Source: Eledone cirrhosa (taxonomy: Eukaryota). From it: a stretch of 64,000 nt of DNA. The stretch lies in NCBI GenBank assembly GCA_964016885.1, contig OZ024741.1, forward strand, positions 362,638,001 to 362,702,000, read 5' to 3'. Of this stretch, positions 61,998 to 64,000 are shown piece after piece. Every line of letters begins with the position of its first letter. The stretch's first letter is position 1. A program made the translations under genes and the position numbers. The notes beneath the pieces are model-generated. The model searched no databases and was not told the origin of the DNA. It saw only the letters and a list, made by a program, of their open reading frames with translations.

Positions 61998-64000
61998 CAT
62001 CATCATCATCATCATCGTTTAAAGTCCATCTTCCACGCTTGCATGGGTTTGGATGGGAATTTTCCCACTTGAAGCAAGATTGGTTGTCTTGCTGGTATAG
62101 GACTGTCTGGCGGGTTTTCTACGGCTGGATGCCCTTCCTAACACCAACCACGTTTACAGTGTGGACTGGGAGGTTTTTACCATGTTACCTACACGGCCAC
62201 ATTACAGCGTGGACTGTGTTTTTTTTTTTTGTCGTGACACCTACACGACCTCATTTATTTCGAACTGGATGTTGTGGTACCAACATAACTTTACATCGAA
62301 AGAGGTGGTGTGGATGGGTGAGGGTGGTGGGACAGGGGTGTATTTTTGTTAGAGGTGCCTACTGACTGTAGGTTTCGCTTTCTACTTAGGCAAGGCGGGT
62401 CTTCTGTATTACTGTGTAGCGCCAAAGATCTCAGTCCAGTGACATTGTCTTGGAGAGGTGTAAGTGTGTGAGGTCGGAATTTATCAAGTCGCCCCAGGTT
62501 TTTCTGGGTCTGCCTACTCCGTGGCTACCGTCTATTTTTATTGCCCTGCACTTTTTTATACAGCTGTCGTCTTTCATGCGCATCACGTGACCATACCAAT
62601 GTAGTCTTCTCTCGAGTAAACAACATCTGATCCCTCTTATTCCTAATTTCTCCCTTAGTTCATTTATGCTTTGCCGTTCACGTATATTACTATTACACAT
62701 CCAGCGGAGCATGCAAGCTTCGTTCCTCTCCAGTCTGCGTATATCCTCTGCACACAATGCCCAAGTCTCACTGCCATGTAACATTGCTGTTCGTATGCAG
62801 GCATCATACAGCCTGCCTTTCATTTTTAGAGAGAACCCTTTAGCGGCCAATAGTGCTATAAGCTCTCTGAACTTTTTCCATCCCGTTCCGACTCTAGCTA
62901 CTGTACTTTCAGAGCACCCTCCACCACTGCTGATTTTGTCACCCAGGTAACGGAAGGTGTCCACTATTTCTATAGAACCATCTGTGCAATGGAATGAGCT
63001 AGTATTCTGTGGGCACTTGCTGCTACTTATTGCACCTGAGCACCAGCCACATATAAAATCTATATTCTTAGTTAGCTTACCTGTGATCCCACTACATCTT
63101 TTATGCACCCATACTTTGCATTTGGGACATTAAATGGAGTTTCTGCCTACTCCTTTCCTACACACTGAGCATAGCCATTTCCCAGATGGGACCGGTGCCC
63201 TATTTTCCTTCCTACAAACTAGAACTTTAGTCTTAGGTTAATTTTAAGGCCTTTTGATTCTAGGCCATGCTTCCATGTTTGGAATTTCTTCTCTAGTTCA
63301 GCCATTGATTCAGCTATGAGCGTTAGATCATCTGCGTATAGGAGTTCCCGTGGGCAGCTGGTCTTCAACTCCTCTGTTATAGCCTGAAGGGCAATAATAA
63401 ATAGTAGGGGGCTAAAAACGGAGCCCTGATGAAGACCTAATTTTACACTAAACTCTTCACTATATTCGTTGTTAATTCTAACCTTGCTGACTGTTTCTTT
63501 ATACATAGCTTGTATAGCTCTCACAAGCCATTCATCAACACCTAGTTTTCTAAGAGCCCACCAGATAATGGAGCGGAGGACTCTGTCAAAGGCTTTCTCC
63601 AAGTCAACAAAAGCTAAGTATAGGGCTTTACTTTTAGCTAGGTACTTCTCCTGTAGTTGTCGTACAATGAAAAGAGCGTCTGTGGTACTTTTACCTGACA
63701 CAAACCCGAACTGCATTGCATACGCAAACAAGTAATTGTCATCGACTTAAAGTCCAGCAACTTCACCATTTTTCATCTCCTTGATTGCTTCTTTCACCCT
63801 GTAACTGTCAATTTTGATAGTTGGATTAGTTGGGGAGGGAGTGGCAGTCTCCCTACCTCCCATTCATTTTCCACAAAAATTAACCTCTCTGTAGCATTTC
63901 CATGTCTCTCTTTTTTGAGCATCAGTGTCCTTTCAAACACACTTTTCCCCAACAATATCTTAATTCACACTGACACACTGCCTTGCAATGCAGACCACCT
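61998..64000 (-). mobile_element. RTE LINE (RT, Cys-rich finger, 3' UTR) plus an upstream older RTE fragment running to the window edge
   Basis: QFGFVSGKSTTDA, FVDLEKAFDRV, LLYADDL, FRYLG, (CAT)n tail at 61998; inverted relative to the 35-37.8 kb copy. Confidence 0.92.

Overview
AT-rich, repeat-dense metazoan DNA, most likely from an octopod cephalopod (inferred from the tRNA/CORE-type SINEs and RTE LINEs with (CAT)n tails). The backbone is a + strand, multi-exon MCM8 helicase gene. I traced 24 phase-consistent coding exons from ATG 3178 to 60344 (2022 nt, 674 codons), and the gene continues past the window end. Intron 16 carries an intact, single-exon antisense gene of the MAP10/KIAA1383 family (28875-31337, about 820 aa). 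It has its own CpG-rich promoter with an RFX X-box next to a forkhead motif. Introns are filled with decayed RTE and CR1 LINEs, mariners, piggyBac-type MITEs, a small Helitron and many SINEs. The most unusual element is a non-coding, CpG-rich unit of about 1 kb in intron 12 (21431-22477). It has a 659-bp repeat period, a 5' inverted segment, (TA)n flanks and a minimal type I hammerhead ribozyme motif on the minus strand, so it looks like a Penelope-like non-autonomous retrozyme. A second, decayed hammerhead lies at 47551-47597. All assignments were made by eye and from recalled family motifs; no searches were run.
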